Source of the DNA: Convolutriloba macropyga
Taxonomy: Eukaryota
Direction: 5' to 3'
Length of the DNA stretch: 64,000 nucleotides
Assembly (NCBI RefSeq): GCF_964194025.1
Contig: NC_134468.1
Location: 71,548,001-71,612,000 of the forward strand
Shown: one piece after another, positions 35,459 through 45,343 of the stretch
Position numbering within the stretch: position 1 is the stretch's first letter
How the letters are laid out: every line of letters begins with the position of its first letter
The notes under the pieces: model-generated
What the model was told of the DNA's origin: nothing
Seen by the model: the letters and a program-made list of their open reading frames with translations, nothing else
Database searches by the model: none
Program-made: the position numbers and the translations under genes

Positions 35459-37807
35459 TTAAGGAGGTGCCACCACACTTCGAATGGTTGCATCATTTTG
35501 TGGTTGTGGTTGATGTGACGCCAGATTTGGGTATTCTCCTTTATTATTTTCTGTATGACAATGCTCATCAATTTTATTTTCTCTTGGTTGATCCTCAACG
35601 CATTTGTAAGTTTTTTCTATTGTGCTGTAAGGTTGATAATTACTAAGCGGTAAAAAATGATTGTTGTTCTGCGGGGCCGACGGTTTGGTTTCGTTAGAGA
35701 ATACCGGTGTAAAGAACGATAAGATACAGAGATTATATGTTGCTCCTAATAGAATTTTCCAAAAACCCATTGTTTTGTTGGATATTTTGTGGATTTCGAA
35801 CGCTCTTATGATTGTTACGATTACATCAGTTAAGAATTTTGTGCACAAGAAACAAGCAAAATAAACTCCAATTTTTTCCAGATAAAAAGTGATGATTCCA
35901 AAAGTGCCTTTGAACTGGTCTGTAAAAAATGTAGGTGAAAGAAGAGAATCTAGATAAATTTGTCTGTTAATTCCCATTGCTGACGCATAGATATCTTTTT
36001 GAGAATAGTCTATGCTTCTTCCTTCTAGAACTTCTCTTGAAATTTTTGTCAAAACAGATTTTGAAGCTTCCGAATGCAAGATATTGTCCCAAAAAGATTT
36101 AAGTTGATTTGGTGTGTAAATTCCGGCACGTTGCGATTCGTAACCGGTAAATTTTGGAATAGAACTAATAACTCTTGAAGAGAATATTTTTGGCGGTTGT
36201 AAAGGAACAGGTGCTGGCATCAAATGGTACCATGAATTTTCATTATCAATATCTAATTGGTAGGCATTTTTGTAGCCTCCAACACAATCTACTTCGTTTG
36301 CAAAAGGGTAGGTTTGTCGAGTAATTGGGTCGACGAACATTGTCCTACCATCATAATGAATAGGAATCCTATCATAACACTGTTCAAGAACCTGAAGTGG
36401 TGAGTTTCGTTTTGGACAGTGGTACAGCCAACCTATGCTACCATCTGTGTCTAAGAACATCGAGCGGTTGCCGGTTAACATATATCCAGCTAAACGATTG
36501 TTTTGGATAGCCTGCATTAGTATCATTTGTTTTTGAGTTCGGTCAAGTTCGCATTGTTCTATGACCAAACCTTTCCATGCTTGTTTTATTTGCATGTAAT
36601 TATGATATATGACAAAATCCATTTTTACCGCAAGGTTAAGATCATAGTCTAACTTGTCTTTGTCTAAGTGTTCCCATGCAACAAAACCATTGTCGGATGT
36701 TCGGATCTGTTCATCTGAAGGCTTCCTATTAAACCCATTTACACTTAGGCTATTGTCAGGTTCAACACGAAGTTTATGAAAAAATTGTTGAGTTTTTGTT
36801 TTATAAGGTTTGCCAGTCTTCATATTAAATCCGCCTTTATAAGAAACATATAAAGAATCTAAATTTGTTCTGTAAATAAATTCTGGTTTTCCACACACCT
36901 TTCCTTTTTCATCAATTACTCTAATTTTTATGTCCATTTCAGCAGGAGAATACGTTCCTGGTCCTTCATAGGGCGTCTCCGGTTTTTCATCACTCACTAT
37001 GAAATACTGTACGTTACCAAGTTCGTTTTCATGTTTTAGCATTTTTGCGTTTTGTGAAAATCTTTTAGTAACTATACAATTTTCCGGTGCCTCCCAATTG
37101 TATGCAAAGGGGTCGAGTGATGTCGAATGACAACCTCCTTCTGAGAGGGCATAAGGAAGTTTTAGTCCTTGACTGTTATAGACAGTTCTGTCATTAAGAT
37201 CAATATCGAGTACAGTTTCTTGCATCAAGGTTTCAAAAGAGAAGTGTTTAATTTGACCACGATTATCACAAGATGTTGATGATTCACCTTCAAGATCAAC
37301 TCCCTGGTTTTTATAGGAGACAGTTTTTATTCCATGTTTTATGTCTATTTCCTTGTCATCATCGTCAAATTCGGTAACAGTAATTTTTCCAGTTTTATTA
37401 GCATTTAGGCATTGTTCGGGTGAAACAATAATATCGTATGTTATTATTGGAGCGTTGTGTACAATTGATGAATGGGAAAACATACCACAATTATAACGAA
37501 TGAGCATTGCAGTGACTTTGCACATAAGAGCTTTAACAAAGGTCCGATAAGACCGTTGATAAAGTGTTACATGTGTATCAACCATTTGAATGTTTTCGGG
37601 TGTAATTTTGCAAGGAGAAACTTGTGTTAAAGCATACATTTTATTTTCTTTCATTTTAGAACAGTCATAATGAATGACCCTAAGTTTGTTAGATACGTCA
37701 TTAATATCCTCAGTAGCGTTAATAACTATAGAAAGAGTACAAAAGTAGAAAAGACTTATAAGTAAATAAGAAAAATAGAGTTTTTCAAAACAAGGATATC
37801 TTTTCAT
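35459..37807 (-). CDS. env: Envelope glycoprotein, chuvirus-G/herpes-gB-like (class III fusogen-like), 782 aa from first ATG
   Basis: Signal-like FSYLLISLFYFCTLSIVINA; Cys-rich ectodomain with HYDCS, CELDR, WLYHC..CYDRIPIHYDGRTMFVDPITR..VDC and GIYT; C-terminal hydrophobic segments; located after pol. The frame is open from 37867. Confidence 0.8.
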   Translation of the reverse strand: MKRYPCFEKLYFSYLLISLFYFCTLSIVINATEDINDVSNKLRVIHYDCSKMKENKMYALTQVSPCKITPENIQMVDTHVTLYQRSYRTFVKALMCKVTAMLIRYNCGMFSHSSIVHNAPIITYDIIVSPEQCLNANKTGKITVTEFDDDDKEIDIKHGIKTVSYKNQGVDLEGESSTSCDNRGQIKHFSFETLMQETVLDIDLNDRTVYNSQGLKLPYALSEGGCHSTSLDPFAYNWEAPENCIVTKRFSQNAKMLKHENELGNVQYFIVSDEKPETPYEGPGTYSPAEMDIKIRVIDEKGKVCGKPEFIYRTNLDSLYVSYKGGFNMKTGKPYKTKTQQFFHKLRVEPDNSLSVNGFNRKPSDEQIRTSDNGFVAWEHLDKDKLDYDLNLAVKMDFVIYHNYMQIKQAWKGLVIEQCELDRTQKQMILMQAIQNNRLAGYMLTGNRSMFLDTDGSIGWLYHCPKRNSPLQVLEQCYDRIPIHYDGRTMFVDPITRQTYPFANEVDCVGGYKNAYQLDIDNENSWYHLMPAPVPLQPPKIFSSRVISSIPKFTGYESQRAGIYTPNQLKSFWDNILHSEASKSVLTKISREVLEGRSIDYSQKDIYASAMGINRQIYLDSLLSPTFFTDQFKGTFGIITFYLEKIGVYFACFLCTKFLTDVIVTIIRAFEIHKISNKTMGFWKILLGATYNLCILSFFTPVFSNETKPSAPQNNNHFLPLSNYQPYSTIEKTYKCVEDQPRENKIDEHCHTENNKGEYPNLASHQPQPQNDATIRSVVAPP

Positions 37808-37910
37808 CCTGTTCTTTTTTAGCGCTTCAAGTCGGGAATTAAGGCTATAAGTTGTAGTAATAGGCACTGCCAGTAAATGTTGACTGGATTTATTGCTACC
37901 TAAAACAAAG

Positions 37911-40900
37911 TTAAGTAAATCCGGCTTGATAGCGTGATGGCGGCTTGGCCGAGCGACTAGAAGTTCGCCTATTATTATTATTATTTTCTAAAGTTTGTAA
38001 ATTAGAAGGTCCTTGTTCCGATGTATTAGGGCGGAGAGGACTTAAATTAGGGTCTAGAGGTATTCTAGAATTGTGCTGTGGGCAAGGAGTTGAACTTCTT
38101 GTTCGACTACCGCTAGGTAAGTGTGTTTGGACTGGAGGTGGGTCATTACGACCACCTGAACTTGCTTCGTTGAATCCAGAATCGAAATTGGTAGGTGTTC
38201 GGTCAGGGTCGAAGTTCTGCACAGGGGAGTCTCTTCGTATGAAATTATCCACGGGGAAATATTCGGTGTTAGTGGGGCTTTGGAAGGAGAATTTAGTCAA
38301 AGGACTATTGAGTTTATTCATCTGACTTGTCATTAGATTATTATAAAATGTGTCACAATTATTTTTATCTATACCATACTCTAGAGTTAACTCTGGTATA
38401 GTTTCAGTAGCTGGGTAGTACTCGACTAGGTGATTTCTATGAGCGACCTTCCTGGTGGCCGGGTTGCTATCTAAAGTTAATTCATAGTTAACATTGGTTA
38501 GTTTTTTTTCTACAGTATAAGGACCTGATCTTAGTTCGTGTAGTTTTTTTGACTTTCCTAACTCAATTTGATGGTTTTCCATTAGAACTTTTTGTCCAAC
38601 CTCAAGTGGCTTGCCTAATTTGTGTTTGTTTCTATGTTTATGTGCGCGGTTATTGTTTTCTAAGCTCTTTTTATAAGCGTTATTGTATATTTGTTTGAAT
38701 TGGTTTTCTCGCATAAGCAACGAATTGTTAATAGTCGGTTTTAGAAGTTTGTCAATTTCGGTGTTTTTTGAAGTTTGCAAGGTATGCCTGTGAAGAGGCA
38801 GGTCTTTGCAAAACTCGGAAGAGCATGTGAGTTGTGAATTTCGTAGGAGTCCTAACTTAAGTGACAGAGGTATCTGTGGTTTTTGTCCGAACACAATTTC
38901 ATAAGGTGAGATTCCAGTACTAGCATTTGGAACCGTGTTATGAGAAAAAGCAAATTTTGGTGCCAGTTCGTCCCATTTACCTCGAGCTTGTTCTAGAAAA
39001 ATTCGGAAATGTGCTCCTAGATGTTTGTTTTGGATCTCGACTTTACCATTAGTCCAAGGCGCATAAGCAGTTCGAGGTGCGGGTGTTATACCTAATTCAT
39101 GAATGTAACTCGCAAAATCTTGGTTCATGAATGCCGAACCCTTATCATAAACAAGTTTTTGTGGTATTCCAAAAGACAAGATGAACTTTTCTAAAGCTTT
39201 TATGGTGTCTACTGCGTCTGTGGAACGTACAGGGTATACTTGAATGAAACGCGAAAATGAATCGACAATAACTAAACAATGGTGTTTACCGTTTGATGGA
39301 GGATTTAAAGGTCCTTTGTGATCAATGTGGACCGTATGAAAGGGGAATGGGACTGTATCAGTCCACTTTTCGAGAGGTGCTTCGTGGATGTCTCTCCGTT
39401 TTCGTTTATTTTTTTGGCATTCAAGGCAATCAGCAATTAGGTTTTCAATCCATTTATACATTCCGGGCCAATAAAAAAATCGTTTTACATTAGCAAGTGT
39501 TTTATCTAAACCGACATGACCTGACAGTTCACAATGAGCTAGCTGAAAAACTTTAAAGAACAATGACAGTGGTACACAAATTTTTAAGAATTCAATATCT
39601 GGTTCGTCTGTTTGATGTTGAATACATAAGATGTTGCCTACAAAACTCAGTTTTTCAAAGTTATTAATGTATGACATTATGGCTTTAGATTGTCGGAATT
39701 CAATTTTCTTTTCATCTTTGTTATTGTTCGTCCTTAATTGGCGAATTTGTTGTATCACTGGGTCTTTTAATTGTTCTTGACAAATTACCGATGTATTTAA
39801 ATCAACTTCTTTAGAGAAGATTGTCAGTTTATCGATGAGTTCTCTTGCATCTTGTATTTTTGTATTTTCGGGAAATTTTTTTGCTAATTCGGTTTTGTCT
39901 ATACAAGTGCTATTTTTCACGAGAAAAACTTTATCGTATTCTAGAGGGAATCTGTACTCCGAGTCTGTGGTATTAGTTTGATCAATGTAGAGTTTGTCAA
40001 AATCTAATTCCGGTGACTGGTTCTCATTGAACAATTCAAATTCCGAAATTGGGTCAAAATTTTGTTCGGTTATCCCTTCATCAGGGTAGGAATCAATTTC
40101 TGTATAATGATCAGACGTTTCGCCTTCCTCCTGTTCTGATACAGGGGTTATTTCATGTTTGCGGTGACGCCTATAGTGGTTAATTGATGAACCATACGAG
40201 AAATCTTCCGAAATATTGTTTATTGAGCAAAGTCTGTTTTGATTATTGTCGTACTTTTGCTTTACCATTTTGTCATTTTTGAAAATGAATTTGTCGATAC
40301 CCGTTATGCTTTGTTTTAGGATTGGAAAAAAGTCATCTGCTGGTCCCTTTTCATTATCACGCAAAATGAAGTATTTTTCCTCGTTACCATGCTCGTCGTA
40401 AAAACTAATGTCTTTTGGTATCTTTTTGTGTTTAAGTTGATACTTGTCCAGATCTTTAATTTTTACATTGCGACTTAGGATGTCGGGAAAAGCTAAGTTT
40501 TTTCCTTCAGTCCAAATAATTTTCAAGTTCTGAAATTGAGATATTACTAACTGGTATCTAAAAAACCTGTGAGAGAGTTTTCCTCTTCTACCCCATAGAT
40601 ACATTAAAGGTTTATGGTCTGTGTACACGTATACAGGATGGGGAGAACCAATTAGGTAATGCTCATGAGTTTGTAATGCCGATATTACACCGCAAAGTTC
40701 GCGTGCTGTGGTACTCATTTTTTGTTCCTCTTTAGTGTAAATTCTAGAGTTAAAAGACACTATTCGTTTCCCTTCTGGAAATTCTTGAACGAGAATTGAG
40801 CCTACTCCTATAGAAGAAGCGTCTACATGCACGTGGAAAGGGTATTTAGTATCCGGTATTGCTAAGATAGTATCTTCGCTAATTCTGTTTTTAATGTCGT

Positions 40901-43007
40901 TAAACAGTTTTTCGTGTTCCATTGTCCAAACAAATTTAGTTTCTGTGCGGGTTAAGTCATAGAATGGTTTGCAGTCAACATGCAAATTTTTGATGTACAT
41001 GCTGTAGAATCCTAAGCAGCCTAGAACTTTCATGACATCACGTTTGTTTTCAGGCGACTTAAGTGCTTTTAAATCTGCTACTCGCTTCTTGACTGGTTGT
41101 ATTCCATCTTTACCTACTACATGTCCCAAGAACTGTACTTTCCTAAGGAAAAATTTAGTCTTTTCAGGTTGAGCTTTCAATCCTGATTTCCTTAAAAGTT
41201 CATGGTACTTGTCAATTATTTCAAACATTTCGGTTTCATCTTGCGCTTGCATGATGGTGTCATCAATGTAGGTTATAGCTTGTTTTTTTCTAATTAATGG
41301 TGCAAAATGGATAGTCATTATACGACTAAAGAAATTAGGTAGACCGCATAGGCCGTAAAATCCGCGTTCAAATGTGTATTGCTTTGGACCAATTACAAAA
41401 CTTACCAGCTGTTTGGTTTCCTCAGTTAGAGGGACTTGGTTATAGGCTGAACAAAGATCACTGGTTGTGAAGAAATTACCTTTTAATCTAGTTAATAGAC
41501 TTCCGATTGGTTCGAGTGGCCATGAATATCGACTAAGGTCTGTTATTGAATTCAGATATCGGGCATCTATAACCAGTTTTACTGTGTTCCCCTTGGGTAG
41601 GATTATGATTGGATTAATAAATTCTGATCCCATTTCTTTATCATTACCCATTTCCCGGATTATACCTGTTTTACACAGTTGTTCCAATAGGTTTTCTAGT
41701 TTTTCCTGATAATGTAATGGTACTTTGGATGGTCTTTGTTTTGTCAAAGTTGAATTAGGTAAAAGTTTAACATGAAACTTTTGTTTTATCTTTCCAACAT
41801 CGTATTTGTGTTGAGAGTAAACGTCTTTATTTTTAGTTAAAGTCCTCAGTAACTTGTCTAAGTTTTCGTCATTGATATCAGCTTGACTGAAATCAAATTT
41901 TTTGAGAAACGCTTGATCGGTTTTGTCAAACCTGTTAAGTTTTTCTTTGGGAAGTTCAACGGGTCTGATGTTCTCATCAGTTGTTTCTAATTGTGGCTTA
42001 AGATCCTTGAGGTCGTCGCTAAAGTCTGTTTCTAATTCGTAGTTGTTGGTAAAATCTTGTTGCCTTTTTCGCTTTTCTGTTTTCTTTTGTTTTTCAGGAG
42101 TTTTGCTTGCAAAGAAATTTTGAATTTTTGAAATTTTTGGACCTTGTTTTTCACTAACATGGAATATTTGATCCCAATTAGTGTCACTATTCATTAGGTG
42201 GTTTATGAATGCAACGTTGTCAACTACAGAAAATTCTGGGTCTTGTCTAATTTCAATGTCTTCTAAAGTGTGTCCAATAGGACCCTTTTGGATGACAACC
42301 TTGTTGTTTTGAGGATTGTTTAGCATTATTGGTAATTCCTTTTCTTTTCTAAAACACTGAACGTTGTAAGTATAAATTCCTTGAGCTTGCAGTTCACTTC
42401 CAATTACGAAGGAGGTTCCCTTTCTGAAGAATTCATTTGGTGGTCTAATTGATATTACTCGAGTTGATTTTGGTGCTAATGGTAGTTGCTGGTCAAGAGT
42501 TACAACTTTGTAAGAGCTAATGTATGGATAGCTTTTCGTTTGGTATCTAGATAGTGTGACGGCTACTTCAGGGTAAGTTTTTAAATCAATTTTTGGAGTG
42601 GTTAGGTCAATAGATTTTACTGTAGATTCAAGGAAATCCATTCCCAACAGATTTGGCTTGCAACCATCTTTTGCTGAAACCCATGTGGTAACTTCCACTT
42701 GATACTTTCCTTCAATGTCGAAAGAAGTTTTGAAAGTAATTTGACCTAGAAGTTTTAGTTTCTCACCATTAACCGCTAAAGTATGATTTTTTGAAGCTTT
42801 CATCTCAATGTGTTGTAATTTACATAGTTCAAGATAAGTGTGGTAATTAATTATAGAGCTTGATGCTCCTGTGTCCAATAAAAACTGTGTTTCTAAGCCG
42901 TTATTTTTATTTTTGTCTCCGACGGATTGGTATAAATTAATATAGATATGTGAGTAACTTGCTTTGTTATCATTAGTGTTTATGAACGGAGACCTGTCTA
43001 GTTTAAA
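37911..43007 (-). CDS. pol: Pol (protease, dUTPase-like relic, RT, RNase H, integrase), expressed by -1 frameshift from gag
   Basis: FLLDTGAS; YIDD (41259-41270); VDAS..ELCG..TDHKPL..DILSR; H-x5-H..CxxC; IDHKGP..YDKG..KVE; GPY motif. The frame is open from the slippery site at 43007 to the stop at 37911. Confidence 0.95.
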   Translation of the reverse strand, partial: FKLDRSPFINTNDNKASYSHIYINLYQSVGDKNKNNGLETQFLLDTGASSSIINYHTYLELCKLQHIEMKASKNHTLAVNGEKLKLLGQITFKTSFDIEGKYQVEVTTWVSAKDGCKPNLLGMDFLESTVKSIDLTTPKIDLKTYPEVAVTLSRYQTKSYPYISSYKVVTLDQQLPLAPKSTRVISIRPPNEFFRKGTSFVIGSELQAQGIYTYNVQCFRKEKELPIMLNNPQNNKVVIQKGPIGHTLEDIEIRQDPEFSVVDNVAFINHLMNSDTNWDQIFHVSEKQGPKISKIQNFFASKTPEKQKKTEKRKRQQDFTNNYELETDFSDDLKDLKPQLETTDENIRPVELPKEKLNRFDKTDQAFLKKFDFSQADINDENLDKLLRTLTKNKDVYSQHKYDVGKIKQKFHVKLLPNSTLTKQRPSKVPLHYQEKLENLLEQLCKTGIIREMGNDKEMGSEFINPIIILPKGNTVKLVIDARYLNSITDLSRYSWPLEPIGSLLTRLKGNFFTTSDLCSAYNQVPLTEETKQLVSFVIGPKQYTFERGFYGLCGLPNFFSRIMTIHFAPLIRKKQAITYIDDTIMQAQDETEMFEIIDKYHELLRKSGLKAQPEKTKFFLRKVQFLGHVVGKDGIQPVKKRVADLKALKSPENKRDVMKVLGCLGFYSMYIKNLHVDCKPFYDLTRTETKFVWTMEHEKLFNDIKNRISEDTILAIPDTKYPFHVHVDASSIGVGSILVQEFPEGKRIVSFNSRIYTKEEQKMSTTARELCGVISALQTHEHYLIGSPHPVYVYTDHKPLMYLWGRRGKLSHRFFRYQLVISQFQNLKIIWTEGKNLAFPDILSRNVKIKDLDKYQLKHKKIPKDISFYDEHGNEEKYFILRDNEKGPADDFFPILKQSITGIDKFIFKNDKMVKQKYDNNQNRLCSINNISEDFSYGSSINHYRRHRKHEITPVSEQEEGETSDHYTEIDSYPDEGITEQNFDPISEFELFNENQSPELDFDKLYIDQTNTTDSEYRFPLEYDKVFLVKNSTCIDKTELAKKFPENTKIQDARELIDKLTIFSKEVDLNTSVICQEQLKDPVIQQIRQLRTNNNKDEKKIEFRQSKAIMSYINNFEKLSFVGNILCIQHQTDEPDIEFLKICVPLSLFFKVFQLAHCELSGHVGLDKTLANVKRFFYWPGMYKWIENLIADCLECQKNKRKRRDIHEAPLEKWTDTVPFPFHTVHIDHKGPLNPPSNGKHHCLVIVDSFSRFIQVYPVRSTDAVDTIKALEKFILSFGIPQKLVYDKGSAFMNQDFASYIHELGITPAPRTAYAPWTNGKVEIQNKHLGAHFRIFLEQARGKWDELAPKFAFSHNTVPNASTGISPYEIVFGQKPQIPLSLKLGLLRNSQLTCSSEFCKDLPLHRHTLQTSKNTEIDKLLKPTINNSLLMRENQFKQIYNNAYKKSLENNNRAHKHRNKHKLGKPLEVGQKVLMENHQIELGKSKKLHELRSGPYTVEKKLTNVNYELTLDSNPATRKVAHRNHLVEYYPATETIPELTLEYGIDKNNCDTFYNNLMTSQMNKLNSPLTKFSFQSPTNTEYFPVDNFIRRDSPVQNFDPDRTPTNFDSGFNEASSGGRNDPPPVQTHLPSGSRTRSSTPCPQHNSRIPLDPNLSPLRPNTSEQGPSNLQTLENNNNNRRTSSRSAKPPSRYQAGFT
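42915..43007 (-). promoter_or_regulatory. -1 ribosomal frameshift signal: U UUA AAC plus downstream stem
   Basis: T TTA AAC (43007-43001) directly before the gag TAG. After a 7-nt spacer, GTCTCCG (42993-42987) is complementary to CGGAGAC (42921-42915). The -1 frame is the pol frame. Confidence 0.8.
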
Positions 43008-44332
43008 TACTCGTCGTTGTGATTCTCATTATTGTAATAGTTTCTGGAAGTTTCACTGGTAAAGTGAACTCGAGGGCTTCGCCCTTCACTGTTATCTCTT
43101 GAATGAGTATTATTGTTTTGTCTAGTAGGTGTCCTATCCCGGTCATGGTCTCTACTCCTATCACGATATCGATTATCTGATCTTGGAGGACCGTTGCTTT
43201 GTCTATCCCTACTATTTTGCCTATTGTTATCTCTGTAAAAGTTGTTTCGATAGTTATTTTGTCGTTCCTGTGATCGGTTATCGTAAGAAGATGATCGATA
43301 ATTGTTTGAAGAGTTTGATGGGTACGGTGATCGATGTCGGTAGTCTGATCTAGAGTTGTTTTGATAATTGGATTGATTTTGGTTATAACTATTTCTCTGT
43401 CTGTCCCTAGAATTTCGATTGTCATAATTGTTTGATTTGTAATTTTGTTGACCTGGTGAATGGCACCTACTACGTTTATAATTATCTGTGAACTTTTCTC
43501 GTTGTTGAGGTGGGTTTCGGTTTTCGTTTTTAAAGTCCTTGTACTTAAAGCAGAAAGCTATTGTGTGACCTGAACGTTTGCAAAACTTGCAGAATCTAGT
43601 CTGGTTTTGTTTGAATCTGGGGTTGTCGTTGTTGTATGTGGCGTTTATTTTATGATCTTTCATTAAATTTGCAATTTCTGTGAGTTGGTTTTTTAACCCT
43701 TCTATTTCTATTTTATTGTCGATACTACTTGAGGCAGTACCCGTGAATTCACTGCTAACAGAAAAACTTAAGTCTTTAGTTGCTACATGATCCTGTAATT
43801 GTTGCCAAGTTGTAGCTGGGTTTTCTATTAACCGCTGATGTGCCTTTTGCTTGAGTGTAGGTGGCGTTAATCCTCTTACAAAGTACTCCATACACTTAGC
43901 GTTACGCTGGTCGTTGTTAAAATCTGGATCTGGCCATCCTTTTTCAACTGCTTTTGTTACTCGGTGTGTATAGCTTTTTATCAATTCATCTGGTTGCCTT
44001 TTAATACTCTCGACTTCAATTCTTTTCCTATACTTGTCTTTTGCATCAGTAAAGCGGGTAATGAACTGATTTCTAACTTCGTTCCATGCTAAACCTGGTG
44101 CTAAGGTTTCAAACCATTGGGCTGCGGGCCCACGCAAAACCGAACCAAACAATGCTTTTTGTCTAGCGTCGTATGCTGCTTGTAAATCAGCATCCGCAGG
44201 ATCTCTTGTTCCTAGTGAGAATTGGATTTTTCTTTGTATTAAACTAAAGAATTCCTGGGCATCTTCAGATGGATCTAAACCTGTAAATTTCTCTAACGCT
44301 ATGTCGGGGTACGCAACAACGTTCGCTGCCAT
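42998..44332 (-). CDS. gag: Gag (444 aa) with CCHC knuckle and long R/S/N/D-rich tail
   Basis: AAACATGG start context; capsid-like LRGPAAQWF..WNEVRNQFITRF..QPDELIKSYTHR; CKFCKRSGHTIAFC (CX2CX4HX4C). Confidence 0.92.
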   Translation of the reverse strand: MAANVVAYPDIALEKFTGLDPSEDAQEFFSLIQRKIQFSLGTRDPADADLQAAYDARQKALFGSVLRGPAAQWFETLAPGLAWNEVRNQFITRFTDAKDKYRKRIEVESIKRQPDELIKSYTHRVTKAVEKGWPDPDFNNDQRNAKCMEYFVRGLTPPTLKQKAHQRLIENPATTWQQLQDHVATKDLSFSVSSEFTGTASSSIDNKIEIEGLKNQLTEIANLMKDHKINATYNNDNPRFKQNQTRFCKFCKRSGHTIAFCFKYKDFKNENRNPPQQREKFTDNYKRSRCHSPGQQNYKSNNYDNRNSRDRQRNSYNQNQSNYQNNSRSDYRHRSPYPSNSSNNYRSSSYDNRSQERQNNYRNNFYRDNNRQNSRDRQSNGPPRSDNRYRDRSRDHDRDRTPTRQNNNTHSRDNSEGRSPRVHFTSETSRNYYNNENHNDEYLN

Positions 44333-44441
44333 GTTTTGTTTTAGTATATGAAAAGAATATTTTATACGAAGGTACTATTAGTTTGGGTAATTAGTGTAGA
44401 AAATATTTTTGTTATGACAATTAAGTAATAAAACACTAATA

Positions 44442-44816
44442 CTAAAGTAGAAAGTTGAATTGTTTGTTTTGTGTTATGAATTTTATTTGTTTAGGCCCGT
44501 TTAATGATTGTATTTTAAATTCAAAGTTTTTGCCGTTATCAGTGCTAAAGATTTCAACCCAAGAGTAAATATCAGTTTGCTCGACGGTAAAATTTAATAA
44601 CCAAGGATACGTATTTTCAGAGTGTTTAAATTCAACAGAGTATTGGTGAAATCTGTTTATTTTTGAAAATCTAATTTGTGTGACAAATTCTGTTTTTATA
44701 AGTAATTTAACTCTATCTGGTAAACTCGGATCGTCAGGAGAAACGTTGATGTATTTGGGTTTAATGATTTTTAAAATTTGTAAACCAAACGGGGAAGTTA
44801 TATTTTGGTGGCTCAT
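44442..44816 (-). CDS. Accessory ORF upstream of gag (124 aa from first ATG), unknown function
   Basis: Co-oriented, non-repetitive, beta-strand-like composition; the track start 44822 is GTG. Confidence 0.6.
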   Translation of the reverse strand: MSHQNITSPFGLQILKIIKPKYINVSPDDPSLPDRVKLLIKTEFVTQIRFSKINRFHQYSVEFKHSENTYPWLLNFTVEQTDIYSWVEIFSTDNGKNFEFKIQSLNGPKQIKFITQNKQFNFLL

Positions 44817-44837
44817 CCACACGCTAGATGATAACGT

Positions 44838-45074
44838 TTAGGCTAATTCTATTACACTGTTTCGATTTCTTAGAGCAACCAAAAGTTCATTAAAGTTTGG
44901 GTTAGTCCACTTATAAGTAATGTAGATTTCGGTCTGTGTTTCGTTAGGACAATGATGGTAAATGCATAAGAAGTTTCTGTTCTGATCAGTTAAATAATAT
45001 GAAACTTTGCCTATTTTGTTCTGTACTTTAATACTTATGTTTAAATTCTGAACATTTACTTTAATATATGACAT
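44838..45074 (-). CDS. Small accessory protein family B (78 aa from first ATG), upstream of gag
   Basis: IYITYKWTNPNFNELLVALRNRNSVIEL matches the ORF at 45344. Confidence 0.7.
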   Translation of the reverse strand: MSYIKVNVQNLNISIKVQNKIGKVSYYLTDQNRNFLCIYHHCPNETQTEIYITYKWTNPNFNELLVALRNRNSVIELA

Positions 45075-45343
45075 ATAAATAACATAGAACAATTGTTTTT
45101 TTTCTGTTTTATTATTGTATTTTTGTATGAAATTACACAGAGGACAGTATAAAAACGTTTAATACGGGTTGTTTAGTACATCAGTAGTAGTATTTTAGTA
45201 GTTATTATTATGTAGAAATGTGTATGTATAATGTTTCTAAAGTGATTGAGTCTGTTAATGACCGTATTTTAGCATGAAACAACAACTTTTCTATGATAAA
45301 TTTGTGTACAAAGCGGGTTAAAAAGGCTAATTTACGCTTTAAA

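Noticed and set aside
37945-43425. Antisense and alternate-frame ORFs within gag and pol (e.g. 37945, 39293, 41467, 43003, 43129)
   Set aside because: Short, no motifs, expected as shadows of long coding frames.
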